From NCBI GenBank assembly GCA_964545345.1, contig CAZJFE010000003.1:1-44096 (forward strand): DNA of 44,096 nt, read 5' to 3'. This document shows positions 8,610 through 17,434 of the stretch, one piece after another; position 1 is the stretch's first letter; every line of letters starts with the position of its first letter. A model generated the notes under the pieces. It was given only the letters and a program-made list of their open reading frames with translations. It was not told where the DNA came from and did not search any database. The translations under genes were made by a program, and so were the position numbers. The DNA comes from an uncultured Candidatus Saccharibacteria bacterium (GTDB taxonomy: Bacteria > Patescibacteriota > Minisyncoccia > UBA6257 > WO2-44-18).

Positions 8610-10127
8610 CTATTTTTTCGTTCCTTCTCGCAATCCGGCCGGTGTTTGAGTTCTTCCCGGGAATTTTGCTTTTTCCCGGAGCTCTTTAACGCTCCAGGTT
8701 CCCAGATAGCTCATCGCCGAACGCATACCGTCCAGCAAATCTTCAACAATTTCTTTGACCGTACCGACGACCTTCACAGTTTTAGCGACACCCTCCGGGC
8801 GTCTCCGGCGATTCAGTGTTTTATTCTGCAGACGGCTCTTCTGAGCGGCGAAAGAGGCGGAGCCCTGATAAACCTTGATCTTGGATCCATCCTGATCGTC
8901 GCGATCGCTGTCGGCTTCCGATTCCTCGGCCTGGATAAACAAACTACCGGACATAATTGCTGATGCTCCGGCAATGATGGCTTTGGTAATATCGTCCGGG
9001 CCTTCCATTCCACCGTCGCCCACCACGGTTTTTCCGTAGAGATCAGCAATAGCGGCTGACTCAGCGATGGCCGTGACTTGAGGAGTGCCGATTCCGACTC
9101 GTCTGGTCCGACAAACTTTTCCGGGGCCGATGCCAACTTTCACGATATCCGCTCCTGCTTCAATCAGGAATTTTGTGCCTTCAGCGCAGGAAGTGTTGCC
9201 GACCATCAGCGGCAGATCCGGGAAACGCTTTTTCACGGCTACCACCATATCTCTGGCGTTGTCGGAAAAGGCGCGCGCGGTATCAATCAACAACAGGCAG
9301 ATCCCCTTCGCTACTTGCCGCTCAACTTCCAGCAATCTGGCTTTGGTAACTTGCTCGCCGACGCCAACGCTACCCACCAGCAAGAATCTTCCGAACTGGT
9401 TGTCGCGAGTGGCGCGTGGATAGAGTCGTTCATAAAAAAGTCCGTGCGTGGTCAGCAGTCCGACCAATTTATTGTTTCGGTTTACCAGCGGAAGTTTCTC
9501 AATTTTATTTTGACGAAGAATCTTCGCCGCTTCCGCGAACGGAGTTCCGGCCGGCGCGGTGTACAGTTTGCGTTTTCCGCCCATCAATTCAAAAATTTTC
9601 TTCGTGTCATCCGTTTCATAGAACCAATCCCGGTTGCTAAGCATACCAATCGGATGATTTTTTTCATCAACAACCACTAAGCTGTTGATTCCAAATCGCT
9701 CCATGATTACTTTCGCTTCTTTTAGAGTCTTGTGTGGAGCAATCGTCAGCGGATCATCAATCAGAGCGCAATCCGCCCGGCGAATCGCATCCAGCTGAGC
9801 TTCCCGCTCTTCAATCTGATCCATTTGAGGAATGATCGCGAGACCGCCCAAGCTCATTAGCTCTCTAGCGAGCCGCGGTCCGGTCACGCCCTTCATGTTC
9901 GCGCTGATAAATGGAAGATTAATCCCGATTTTCGGAGTCAATTGAGTCCGGAAATCCTGAATTGCCGAGCGCGAAGGAATTTTAGTGTAACGATCCGGCA
10001 AATACATATCCGCAAAAGTAACAGCTCGATCAGTTGGAATGCCTTTTCTCAAACAATGTTCCAAAATTGCTTCCTGCTCTCGGACAGTCAGACCACCATA
10101 GTCTTCAGTCATTGGTTTTATTCTCAA
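8610..10127 (-). CDS. IMP dehydrogenase/GMP reductase family protein with CBS pair
   Basis: SANM, CBS repeats (IEKLPLV), KVGIGPGKVCRTR catalytic Cys loop, GDGG, PEGV, MSYLG. Confidence 0.9.
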   Translation of the reverse strand: MRIKPMTEDYGGLTVREQEAILEHCLRKGIPTDRAVTFADMYLPDRYTKIPSRSAIQDFRTQLTPKIGINLPFISANMKGVTGPRLARELMSLGGLAIIPQMDQIEEREAQLDAIRRADCALIDDPLTIAPHKTLKEAKVIMERFGINSLVVVDEKNHPIGMLSNRDWFYETDDTKKIFELMGGKRKLYTAPAGTPFAEAAKILRQNKIEKLPLVNRNNKLVGLLTTHGLFYERLYPRATRDNQFGRFLLVGSVGVGEQVTKARLLEVERQVAKGICLLLIDTARAFSDNARDMVVAVKKRFPDLPLMVGNTSCAEGTKFLIEAGADIVKVGIGPGKVCRTRRVGIGTPQVTAIAESAAIADLYGKTVVGDGGMEGPDDITKAIIAGASAIMSGSLFIQAEESEADSDRDDQDGSKIKVYQGSASFAAQKSRLQNKTLNRRRRPEGVAKTVKVVGTVKEIVEDLLDGMRSAMSYLGTWSVKELREKAKFPGRTQTPAGLREGTKK

Positions 10128-10174
10128 GTAACCTGAATCAGAGTAATAAAAAAACCACCTCGTGTCGAGGTGGT

Positions 10175-10402
10175 CTATTTTTCTTCTTCAGCTTTCTCCG
10201 GCTTCTTTATTTCCTTTTTCTCGTCTAGCTTTATTTCAACTTTTTCAAGTCGTTCATCCATCTTTTTCAGGCGCTTGTTGTCTTCGCAGGAATTTAGGCA
10301 GGTTATTAAGACCATGAAAAACATGATAATCATGCCGCATCCCCACTCGTTGTCGCTTTTTCTGTAATTACACGGACGCGCATTGCAGGTATTGTCACCC
10401 AC
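10175..10402 (-). CDS. Small single-TM protein with charged tail
   Basis: Overlaps the end of the upstream ORF; hydrophobic segment then K/E-rich tail. Confidence 0.6.
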   Translation of the reverse strand: MGDNTCNARPCNYRKSDNEWGCGMIIMFFMVLITCLNSCEDNKRLKKMDERLEKVEIKLDEKKEIKKPEKAEEEK

Positions 10403-10658
10403 TGGGATTCTCCTTTTTTTCGAGCAGCTCCTTACGCAATTCGGCGATGTCTTTACGGACTACGAACGAATTCGCGCGGACTGTCCAGGCGATCGCAATA
10501 ATCGCGCCTCCGACAGCGGTTGCTCCAATAATGGACGTAAGTAAGTTTTGCGTCAGCATATTAATGAAGATGAATGATAAGACCAAGGAGAACAGAAAGC
10601 AGGGCACAGCAATGTCTCTAGCGGACTTCTTTTTCTCTTCCATCTCTTGCGGCGTCAT
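10395..10658 (-). CDS. Small two-TM membrane protein
   Basis: AGGAG RBS; promoter-like TTGACA...TATAAT at ~10704-10732. Confidence 0.7.
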   Translation of the reverse strand: MTPQEMEEKKKSARDIAVPCFLFSLVLSFIFINMLTQNLLTSIIGATAVGGAIIAIAWTVRANSFVVRKDIAELRKELLEKKENPSG

Positions 10659-10767
10659 GACTTATTCTCCTGTAAAAGGGTGGGTTTGAATTAGCTGAGG
10701 GTGATTATACGGTATAAGCTCTATTTTGTCAAATAAAAACCGCCTTGAATTAAGGCGGCTCTCTGTT

Positions 10768-11034
10768 TTACCCATTGATGTCTACCTTATCGCCCTGGTC
10801 GCCTTTGGCGCCGCCACAGGCGGGTAAACCCTTGGAGTTGTAGAGCTCTTTGTTCTTTACGGAAAGTTTCTCATCAATGCTTTTGACGTAGGAATGGATG
10901 CCAGACAGAACACACACTAAGAGGAATACCCCCAATCCTACACCAACTCCAATCAAAGGAATTCCCGATCCCACGCCGATACAAATCCCGACAATGGCCG
11001 AGAGCCCTATAACCGGAATGAATGCGTCGTCCAT
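10768..11034 (-). CDS. Small two-TM membrane protein
   Basis: AAGGAG RBS before ATG 11034 (MDDAF). Confidence 0.65.
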   Translation of the reverse strand: MDDAFIPVIGLSAIVGICIGVGSGIPLIGVGVGLGVFLLVCVLSGIHSYVKSIDEKLSVKNKELYNSKGLPACGGAKGDQGDKVDING

Positions 11035-11096
11035 GCAAAACTCCTTAAATGTTCCACCGATATAATAACAAAAAACCACCCCATTGTCGAGGTGGC

Positions 11097-11357
11097 CTAT
11101 AGATACCAGCCATTGTCACCATCTTTCTCACGCCTTCTTCGCGCCTTCTCTCCGGTAATGGTCCCGCTCTGCACAAGGCAAATTCCGAAACAGATCAGTC
11201 CAAACATCAAAGCGATGATTGAAAGTACATCTGAGTAGTTGTTAAGGCAAAAGGCGAGAACTATTCCAACGGTTGTGCCAAGAGCCCCAAAAGAAAAGAT
11301 GCGCTGACACTTCTCGACCTTCTCCGCCAACTCCCTGTCTTTTTCTTTCTCGTCCAC
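11097..11357 (-). CDS. Small two-TM membrane protein
   Basis: AGGAG RBS before GTG 11357. Confidence 0.6.
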   Translation of the reverse strand: MDEKEKDRELAEKVEKCQRIFSFGALGTTVGIVLAFCLNNYSDVLSIIALMFGLICFGICLVQSGTITGEKARRRREKDGDNGWYL

Positions 11358-11429
11358 GATTCTACTCCTGTTAAGATCTGGCAATAGAGTAATAAAAAAT
11401 CCGCCTTTTAACAAGACGGATTTTTTATT

Positions 11430-13037
11430 CTAGTAATCCCCCATTCCCGGCATTTGCGGGGCGGCTGGCGATTCTTTTTTAGGAATTTCGGTAACAGCGG
11501 CGCCGATAGTCAGATAGTTGGCGGCAACCGAAACGGCGTTCAACAAAGCGGTCTTAGTAACTTTCAGTGGATCAACGATGCCGGCGGTTTTCAAATCGCC
11601 GATTTTTCCTTTGTTGGCGTCAAATCCCTGCCAGCCGGCTTTCTTCGGAATCTGATTCAAAACGAAATCCGGAGATTGACCGCAATTTTCCACGATTGCC
11701 CGCAAGGGAGCTTCAGTGGCGGCGATTAAAATATCGTTGGCTACGCTTGGCTGGCTCCGTAGTTCCATACCGGCGTAGAACAAAGCCATTCCGCCTCCCG
11801 GCACGATTCCCTCTTCCATGGCGGCTTTCGTAGCGGCCACCGCGTCTTCAACCCGGTCCTTCAATTCTTTCTGAGCGGATTCGGTAGGGGCGCCAACTTT
11901 AATTACCGCTACTCCACCGGCCAACTTACCCAACCGTTCATTCAATTTATCTTTATCAAAACCGGAATCAGCTTTTTGGAGTTGAGCCCTGATTTGAGAA
12001 GCGCGCTCTTCAATCTGCTTCTTATTGCCCTTACCGCCAACGATCGTAGTGGTGTCTTTATTGGAAACTACCCGATGGGCGGAACCCAAATCTGCTACTT
12101 CCACCGTGTCCAATTTCTTACCAAGTTCTTCGGAAATAAATTGGGCGCCGGTAACCACGGCGATATCCTGCAACATCTCTTTACGGCGATCGCCAAAACC
12201 CGGAGCTTTAATGGCTAAAACGCTGAAGATGCCGCGGAGTTTGTTGACCACCAAGGTCGTCAACGCTTCACCATCAACTTCATCGGCAATAATTACTAAT
12301 TCTTTCTTGCCGCTCTGAATTACTTTTTCCAGAATCGGCAAAACTTCCTGAATAGCCGAGATTTTTTTATCTGTTACCAAAATATGCGGCGCCTCCAACG
12401 AGGCCTCCATCCGCTCGCTATTGGTAATCATATATTGCGAAATGAAACCGCGATCAAACTGCATGCCTTCCACCAATTCATAAGAATTGTTGATGGTATT
12501 GGAATCTTCCACGGTGACTACGCCCTCGCGGCCAACCTTATGGATTACTTCGGCGATTAAAAGACCGATAGTTTTATCTTTGGCCGACAAAGCGGCGACT
12601 TCGGACAGTTTCGCCAAATCATTGACCATCTCTTTTTGCGCCTCCAATCCTTTAATCAGACCCTGGGCTCCTTTTTTAAGATCTTCAGCAAGCTGAATCA
12701 CGTTGATATCTTTGGATTTCAATACTTTCTCACCTTCTTCTATTAAAGAGTGCGCTAATACAATAGAAGTAGTGGTACCGTCGCCTACCGCGTCGTTGGT
12801 TTTATCAGCGGCTTGTTTGATTAGTTCGGCGCCAAGATTTTCAAATTTATCTTCCAGCTCAATCTCTTTGGCCACAGTAACGCCGTCAAAAGTGACTTGG
12901 GGCGCTCCATATCCCTTCTCCAAAACCACGGCTTTGCCACGAGGGCCAAGAGTCGCGATTACCGCGCGGGAAAGCTTATCCACGCCCTTCTTCAGAGCTT
13001 CTCTAGCTTTTTCGTTGAATAGAATCTGCTTAGGCAT
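11430..13037 (-). CDS. groL: Chaperonin GroEL
   Basis: TLGPRG, GDGTTT, APGFGDRRK, GIVPGGG. Confidence 0.99.
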   Translation of the reverse strand: MPKQILFNEKAREALKKGVDKLSRAVIATLGPRGKAVVLEKGYGAPQVTFDGVTVAKEIELEDKFENLGAELIKQAADKTNDAVGDGTTTSIVLAHSLIEEGEKVLKSKDINVIQLAEDLKKGAQGLIKGLEAQKEMVNDLAKLSEVAALSAKDKTIGLLIAEVIHKVGREGVVTVEDSNTINNSYELVEGMQFDRGFISQYMITNSERMEASLEAPHILVTDKKISAIQEVLPILEKVIQSGKKELVIIADEVDGEALTTLVVNKLRGIFSVLAIKAPGFGDRRKEMLQDIAVVTGAQFISEELGKKLDTVEVADLGSAHRVVSNKDTTTIVGGKGNKKQIEERASQIRAQLQKADSGFDKDKLNERLGKLAGGVAVIKVGAPTESAQKELKDRVEDAVAATKAAMEEGIVPGGGMALFYAGMELRSQPSVANDILIAATEAPLRAIVENCGQSPDFVLNQIPKKAGWQGFDANKGKIGDLKTAGIVDPLKVTKTALLNAVSVAANYLTIGAAVTEIPKKESPAAPQMPGMGDY

Positions 13038-13045
13038 ATTATTCT

Positions 13046-13098
13046 TAGTTATTTGTTATTGGTTATAAGTCGTTGGTCGTCAGTCGTTCGTCGTTAGT
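13046..13098. repeat. Degenerate heptamer tandem repeat (NNGTYRT, 7+ units)
   Basis: tagttat ttgttat tggttat aagtcgt tggtcgt cagtcgt tcgtcgt tagtc between groS and groL. Confidence 0.85.
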
Positions 13099-13384
13099 CC
13101 AGTATGGCCAGCACATCATCCTCATCTCCGACCAGATACTTTTTCCCGTCCACCTCAATCTCATCCGGGCCGTATTTTTTAAATAAAATCTTATCGCCAA
13201 CCTTAACCGACATTGGGGTCACTTCACCTTTTTCGTTTTTCTTCCCCGGTCCGGCGGCAACAACTTTGCCGATCATTGGTTTTTCTTTCTCGGCGTTTTC
13301 AGGCAAAACAATCCCGGATTTAGTGGCCTTTTCCTGAGCCAGCGGCTCAATAAACAGATGATTAGATAAAGGTTTGAAATTCAT
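13094..13384 (-). CDS. groS: Co-chaperonin GroES
   Basis: KPL...TKSGIVLP...GKVVAAGPG...VKVGD. Confidence 0.99.
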   Translation of the reverse strand: MNFKPLSNHLFIEPLAQEKATKSGIVLPENAEKEKPMIGKVVAAGPGKKNEKGEVTPMSVKVGDKILFKKYGPDEIEVDGKKYLVGDEDDVLAILD

Positions 13385-13457
13385 TGTTAGCTTATTATAG
13401 TCAATTTTTCTGGTTTGTCAATTAAAGTAAAACGCCGCATATAGCGACGTTTTACGC

Positions 13458-13532
13458 TGGGGTGCCCAACGGGATTCGAACCCGTGATAAGAGTTCCACA
13501 AACTCTGGTGTTGCCGCTACACTATGGGCACC
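13458..13532 (-). tRNA. tRNA-His(GTG)
   Basis: G-1, anticodon arm AGAGT-TTGTGGA-ACTCT, GGTTCGAATCC, encoded CCA. Confidence 0.97.
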
Positions 13533-13603
13533 ATACTTTGACTAACGACTCACCACTAACAATTTACAACCGACAGAGATAAAAATAAAGGCCCGTTGGG
13601 GCC

Positions 13604-13750
13604 TTACGGACGGAGCTGGCGGTATTTCTTGGCTTCTTTCTCCCAGTCCTTCTTTTTGCTGTTGAACTTACAGATGTTCCACCCGCAAATAACTGCCCAG
13701 ATCAATCCTACCGCAATCATCGCCGTCAGTATGACTGTGATGATATTCAT
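13604..13750 (-). CDS. 48-aa single-TM microprotein (below ORF track cutoff)
   Basis: MNIITVILTAMIAVGLIWAVICGWNICKFNSKKKDWEKEAKKYRQLRP; GAGGA RBS. Confidence 0.65.
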   Translation of the reverse strand: MNIITVILTAMIAVGLIWAVICGWNICKFNSKKKDWEKEAKKYRQLRP

Positions 13751-13752
13751 GA

Positions 13753-13893
13753 TTAATCCTCGTCTTTTTGTTTCTTGCTTTTACTGCCGTAAGGATCAGA
13801 GAAAAGCATGATGACTGAGAGACCAAGCAGGACAACGCAGAAGGTCACAAAGCCATCCGCTAAGCTAATGCTGGACATCCAGGATTCATCCAT
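13753..13893 (-). CDS. 46-aa single-TM microprotein
   Basis: MDESWMSSISLADGFVTFCVVLLGLSVIMLFSDPYGSKSKKQKDED; GAGGA RBS. Confidence 0.65.
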   Translation of the reverse strand: MDESWMSSISLADGFVTFCVVLLGLSVIMLFSDPYGSKSKKQKDED

Positions 13894-13894
13894 T

Positions 13895-14026
13895 TTAATC
13901 CTCTTTCTCTTCCGGTTTTTGCTTCGGATTGTTCATCCAACAAAACGCGGCGGCGGTAAGCCCTACTAGCACAACCGTGTAGATGACCGTTCCGGCATCA
14001 CCTAACAGAATCTCCAGGAATCCCAC
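13895..14026 (-). CDS. 43-aa single-TM microprotein
   Basis: GTG start after AAGGAGGAG; MGFLEILLGDAGTVIYTVVLVGLTAAAFCWMNNPKQKPEEKED; TTGCAT-17-TATAAT promoter upstream. Confidence 0.65.
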   Translation of the reverse strand: MGFLEILLGDAGTVIYTVVLVGLTAAAFCWMNNPKQKPEEKED

Positions 14027-14313
14027 AGCGTCTCCTCCTTTGGTTTGCTGGTGGAAATTATAGCACGTTGAAAATTAAAATGCAAGCTTATTTTTTTGGG
14101 TGGCTGTGAAAACCCACGCACAGCTTTGTATCAAAATAATCCTTCGCAAAAGTTTTTGCGAACTGCATCGCCTTGCGGCTCTAATTTCCTCAAATCAAGT
14201 TTATTCCGCAAAGTGTGCGGGGTTATTATTCGGCAGCTGTTCTCGGACATCACAGGCCGAATAATAAAAATGGCCCGTCCATGAAGTCTGTGCTTCATTG
14301 GACGGGCCAACTG

Positions 14314-14850
14314 CTACGCGGCTTCCGCGAGGGCGAAATCCCGGCGGATCCGGCACTTCCGGCCGATCGGCTGGAAGATACCCCGGCCACGCTTGTCGAT
14401 TCCGACCAGTGTGGCCTCTCTCTTTCCGTATTTACAGGAGGCGATTTTCGCCGTCCTGCCGACGCGGATCTTGTGCCGGTTCTCTTCCCGGCGGATGCGC
14501 CGCTGAATTTCTCTTTCGGCGGCGTCGCGAATCGCGTTTTCCTTCAGCGCCTTGGTCATATCTCGGAAGAACTTCCGGGTATGTTCCGTGTCGCGCCGAG
14601 CCCGGAGGTCATCCGTGATGACCGATGCCTCCAGTTGAATTTCCGGCGGTACTTCACTGGGGATCATCTGGCCACCAGCTCTCCTGGCGACCTTTTCCCA
14701 GCGTTCTGTCCACGCCTTTGATCCAACGACGACGGGATGAGCCACCATCTGGCTGGATTTCTTCAGCCCGACGTTGGTGAAGAAGAACATCCCGCAGACG
14801 ACGAGCACCGCGCCGAGCACGAGCCCGATTTCCGGCAGGATATCAAACAT
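14314..14850 (-). CDS. Hypothetical protein with N-terminal TM and basic C-terminus
   Basis: GAGGAG RBS; GC-rich coding style. Confidence 0.65.
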   Translation of the reverse strand: MFDILPEIGLVLGAVLVVCGMFFFTNVGLKKSSQMVAHPVVVGSKAWTERWEKVARRAGGQMIPSEVPPEIQLEASVITDDLRARRDTEHTRKFFRDMTKALKENAIRDAAEREIQRRIRREENRHKIRVGRTAKIASCKYGKREATLVGIDKRGRGIFQPIGRKCRIRRDFALAEAA

Positions 14851-14911
14851 AGTTCTCTCCTCAGTTGGGGTTTTCGGTGAATCCCGTAGCGTATTGCTAC
14901 GAGAGTAGGCG

Positions 14912-15196
14912 TTAAGACTTTTTTTCCTCGCGTCTTTTCGCGATCTCCGCTTGGAGCTTCACGAAGTCCGCCCCTTCAATGATCACCGCGGGCTGGTCCA
15001 CTTTCGTTAGTTCGAACGGACGGAGCATCTTGTGCTTCTCGTTCTCCTCAAACCTCCTGCGGAGTTCCTCGGGGTCCATGATCTTCACCACGCCAGTCTT
15101 GGGGACGCGCACAATGCAGGTCACTAGAACCACTACCAGTCCGGCAACGAGGCCGAAGACGGCGCCGCTCACGAACCCGATGCTGTAGGCATCCAT
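14912..15196 (-). CDS. Small single-TM protein
   Basis: AAGGAG RBS; promoter-like TTGACA...TATAAT at ~15254-15283. Confidence 0.7.
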   Translation of the reverse strand: MDAYSIGFVSGAVFGLVAGLVVVLVTCIVRVPKTGVVKIMDPEELRRRFEENEKHKMLRPFELTKVDQPAVIIEGADFVKLQAEIAKRREEKKS

Positions 15197-15311
15197 GTCC
15201 TGTCTCCTTTGAGTTAGTTTTCTATTTGGTTATCGAAGTGCAACTACCTGGCTATTATACCATGTAAACCTGCTATTTGTCAAGTATAATAGAAGGCCCC
15301 TTAAGAGGGGC

Positions 15312-15548
15312 CTAAAACTGAAAGAATTGCCTTATTTTCAGCCAAATCCACTCCCCTAGCGTAATCACCATAATCATCACTATTACTGCCATTAGAGTTG
15401 AGAGGGCGATGTTCATCAACAATAAAATAGCAAAAAGAACCTCGTTCCAATGAGAAATTCCGAACCACGTCGCCATTAGGAAGAAACCAAGGGTAACCGC
15501 GATAAAAACTTTAAGTAGCGTTAGAATGTCTTTGATGAAGTCGGTCAT
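15312..15548 (-). CDS. Small two-TM membrane protein
   Basis: GGAGG RBS before ATG 15548 (MTDF). The longer ORF call runs through the tRNA. Confidence 0.65.
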   Translation of the reverse strand: MTDFIKDILTLLKVFIAVTLGFFLMATWFGISHWNEVLFAILLLMNIALSTLMAVIVMIMVITLGEWIWLKIRQFFQF

Positions 15549-15631
15549 GGTAAACCTCCCATCGTTGACCAGATCCCTGTTTAAGAAGCTAAATAGATAA
15601 TAACAAAACCGGCGCAAGGCCGGTTCTGAAA

Positions 15632-15837
15632 TTTGTGCCCCCGCGAGGAACAAGGGTTTCTCCGCCGACTGGCGGATCAACCTCGAACACTTTCGCCGCA
15701 CCCCGGCCCCCATCTCGGACACCTTCTGGTTTCCGAGGGCCTTCCAACACGGGGTGCGTCTGGTTCGATTCCCTAAAGACAAAAAATCAAAAATCCCGGA
15801 CAAACCGGGATGTTTGATTTTGTGCCCCCGCGAGGAA
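15632..15837 (-). repeat. tRNA-linked structured module A, bounded by a 19-bp direct repeat of the tRNA-Arg 3' end
   Basis: tttgtgcccccgcgaggaa at 15632-15650 and 15819-15837, 187 bp apart. The internal hairpin is homologous to 24871-24956. Confidence 0.85.
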
Positions 15838-15894
15838 TCGAACCTCGATCGCAAGATCCGCAATCTTGCGTCCTAACCATTGAACGACAGGGGC
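15823..15894 (-). tRNA. tRNA-Arg(GCG)
   Basis: Acceptor GCCCCTG/CGGGGGC, anticodon arm CAAGA-TTGCGGA-TCTTG, GGTTCGATTCC. Confidence 0.95.
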
Positions 15895-15928
15895 GTTTAT
15901 TTAACTTTACGTATTTTACAACTTTTTG

Positions 15929-16405
15929 CTAGAAGCGCAATAACCGCGAAAGATGTTCTACTAGAGAATCCTCATACTCAATTTCCGGAAGATGGTGATT
16001 TACTACGTGGCGGATATTCTGAACTTCCCGGTTAGGGGTCATGATTTTCAAAAAGGTGCTGAATTTTCCTTTTCGGCGTAAAACTAACTCGGAAAATCCT
16101 TCCTCCGCGTGGTGTAGCTGATGAATCGCGAAGCCCTCAAATTCATGATAGGGATGTGGCATATTGCCACCAAGTCCAACACCGGATGGTCCAATTTCAA
16201 AATCCATATCCAAAGGTTGGCGTCTCCCCCATTGGATCGTTAATATCCCGGCGATAATTATGAAAACGGCAAAGAGAAAATTACCTTTCCAGAAAGCGAA
16301 AAGCAGTAAGGCGATCATTGAGAACACCACCATCCAAGTCCATTGATGGGTTTTTTCGTGATATTCAAACTCCGGGGCTGACCAGCGAACGATCTTTTCT
16401 TCCAT
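15929..16405 (-). CDS. Conserved two-TM membrane protein with soluble C-terminal domain
   Basis: WSAPEFEYHEK N-terminus, two TMs, C-terminal LSRLLRF. Confidence 0.75.
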   Translation of the reverse strand: MEEKIVRWSAPEFEYHEKTHQWTWMVVFSMIALLLFAFWKGNFLFAVFIIIAGILTIQWGRRQPLDMDFEIGPSGVGLGGNMPHPYHEFEGFAIHQLHHAEEGFSELVLRRKGKFSTFLKIMTPNREVQNIRHVVNHHLPEIEYEDSLVEHLSRLLRF

Positions 16406-16439
16406 ATTAATATTTTACCATAAACAAAACCGCGCTTGG

Positions 16440-17399
16440 TTAGCGCGGTTTATTTTTGTTTTTGGTAACGAACTCAATCAACTTAATTACTTCTTTTGGT
16501 GTCTGACAACTTCCGTTCCGCCTGGAGGATCCACCGATTGTATTGCTCCCTCCGCAGTGTTTTCCCGGTGTCTTCCGGCCAAGCTTTTTACTCTCGCGTT
16601 TGTTGAATTCTCTGTAGATATCCGGGTTCGGGAAGTGCACGAACGGCGACATTCGCAAAAAGATATAATGGGAGATCTTTTTGTTTTCCGGATCTGGCCG
16701 AACGGTAACGCAGGCGCCTCCGTATCTTTCGCAGGCGATCAGTCGACCCTCGCGGCCGATCTCGCGGATCATCGCCCAACCCTTGCCGACATACAGCGTT
16801 TTGAATCTGGTATCGGAGGGGATCTGTCCGGATCGGCCGGCTATATATCGCGAAATACGCCTGCCAACCGCACTGATCAGAGCCACCATTTCCTTACCGG
16901 TCATCTTGCTGATTTTCCCGGCTTTTCTGGCGATGGCGTATGGCTCAAAGATCCAGTTGAGCCGCTGGCGGATTAAAGATTTCGGATCTAACGGATAGGT
17001 GCCTCCGGTGGCGTCCAAAGCGTCCACCAAATGAACCAACTGCTCAATCCGCGGATGGCTCTTACTGCCGTCAATCCGTTTATGATTCTGTAGTAGCCAG
17101 TAGGCCAGACAGACGTCCTGATCGCAATCATTCGCGTAGATTGTAGCCGTTGGCCGTCCGTTTTTTTGGAAACTTTTGAATAGCCATTGGCTGACACAGA
17201 TCAAAACTTGTCCGCTGGAACTTCTGGTCGCCAGTCGGTCAACGCCGGAATGGTGGTCCAGGTTGAGCCATGGTCCGGAGCCGTCAAAGCAGGGCGATTC
17301 TTCCACATACCCGTCTAAAGCGATGGAATAGGGTGGATTCTGTCTACGAAATTGCTTCCAGGATTTTGTTACGTCCGGCTCTACGATTAGTCGGATCAA
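16440..17399 (-). CDS. Putative DHH-like phosphoesterase
   Basis: IALDGY, LNLDHH, DCDQD motifs and C-terminal GGS; AAGGAG RBS. Confidence 0.55.
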   Translation of the reverse strand: MIRLIVEPDVTKSWKQFRRQNPPYSIALDGYVEESPCFDGSGPWLNLDHHSGVDRLATRSSSGQVLICVSQWLFKSFQKNGRPTATIYANDCDQDVCLAYWLLQNHKRIDGSKSHPRIEQLVHLVDALDATGGTYPLDPKSLIRQRLNWIFEPYAIARKAGKISKMTGKEMVALISAVGRRISRYIAGRSGQIPSDTRFKTLYVGKGWAMIREIGREGRLIACERYGGACVTVRPDPENKKISHYIFLRMSPFVHFPNPDIYREFNKRESKKLGRKTPGKHCGGSNTIGGSSRRNGSCQTPKEVIKLIEFVTKNKNKPR

Positions 17400-17434
17400 C
17401 TAGTCTCCTTCTTTCAATGAACCAACCTATTTTA

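Noticed and set aside
15549-15863. N-terminal extension of ORF 15312-15863 (also 2964-3029 and ORF 39523-39765)
   Set aside because: These run through tRNA genes or repeat modules; for the first two, internal ATG starts are more plausible.
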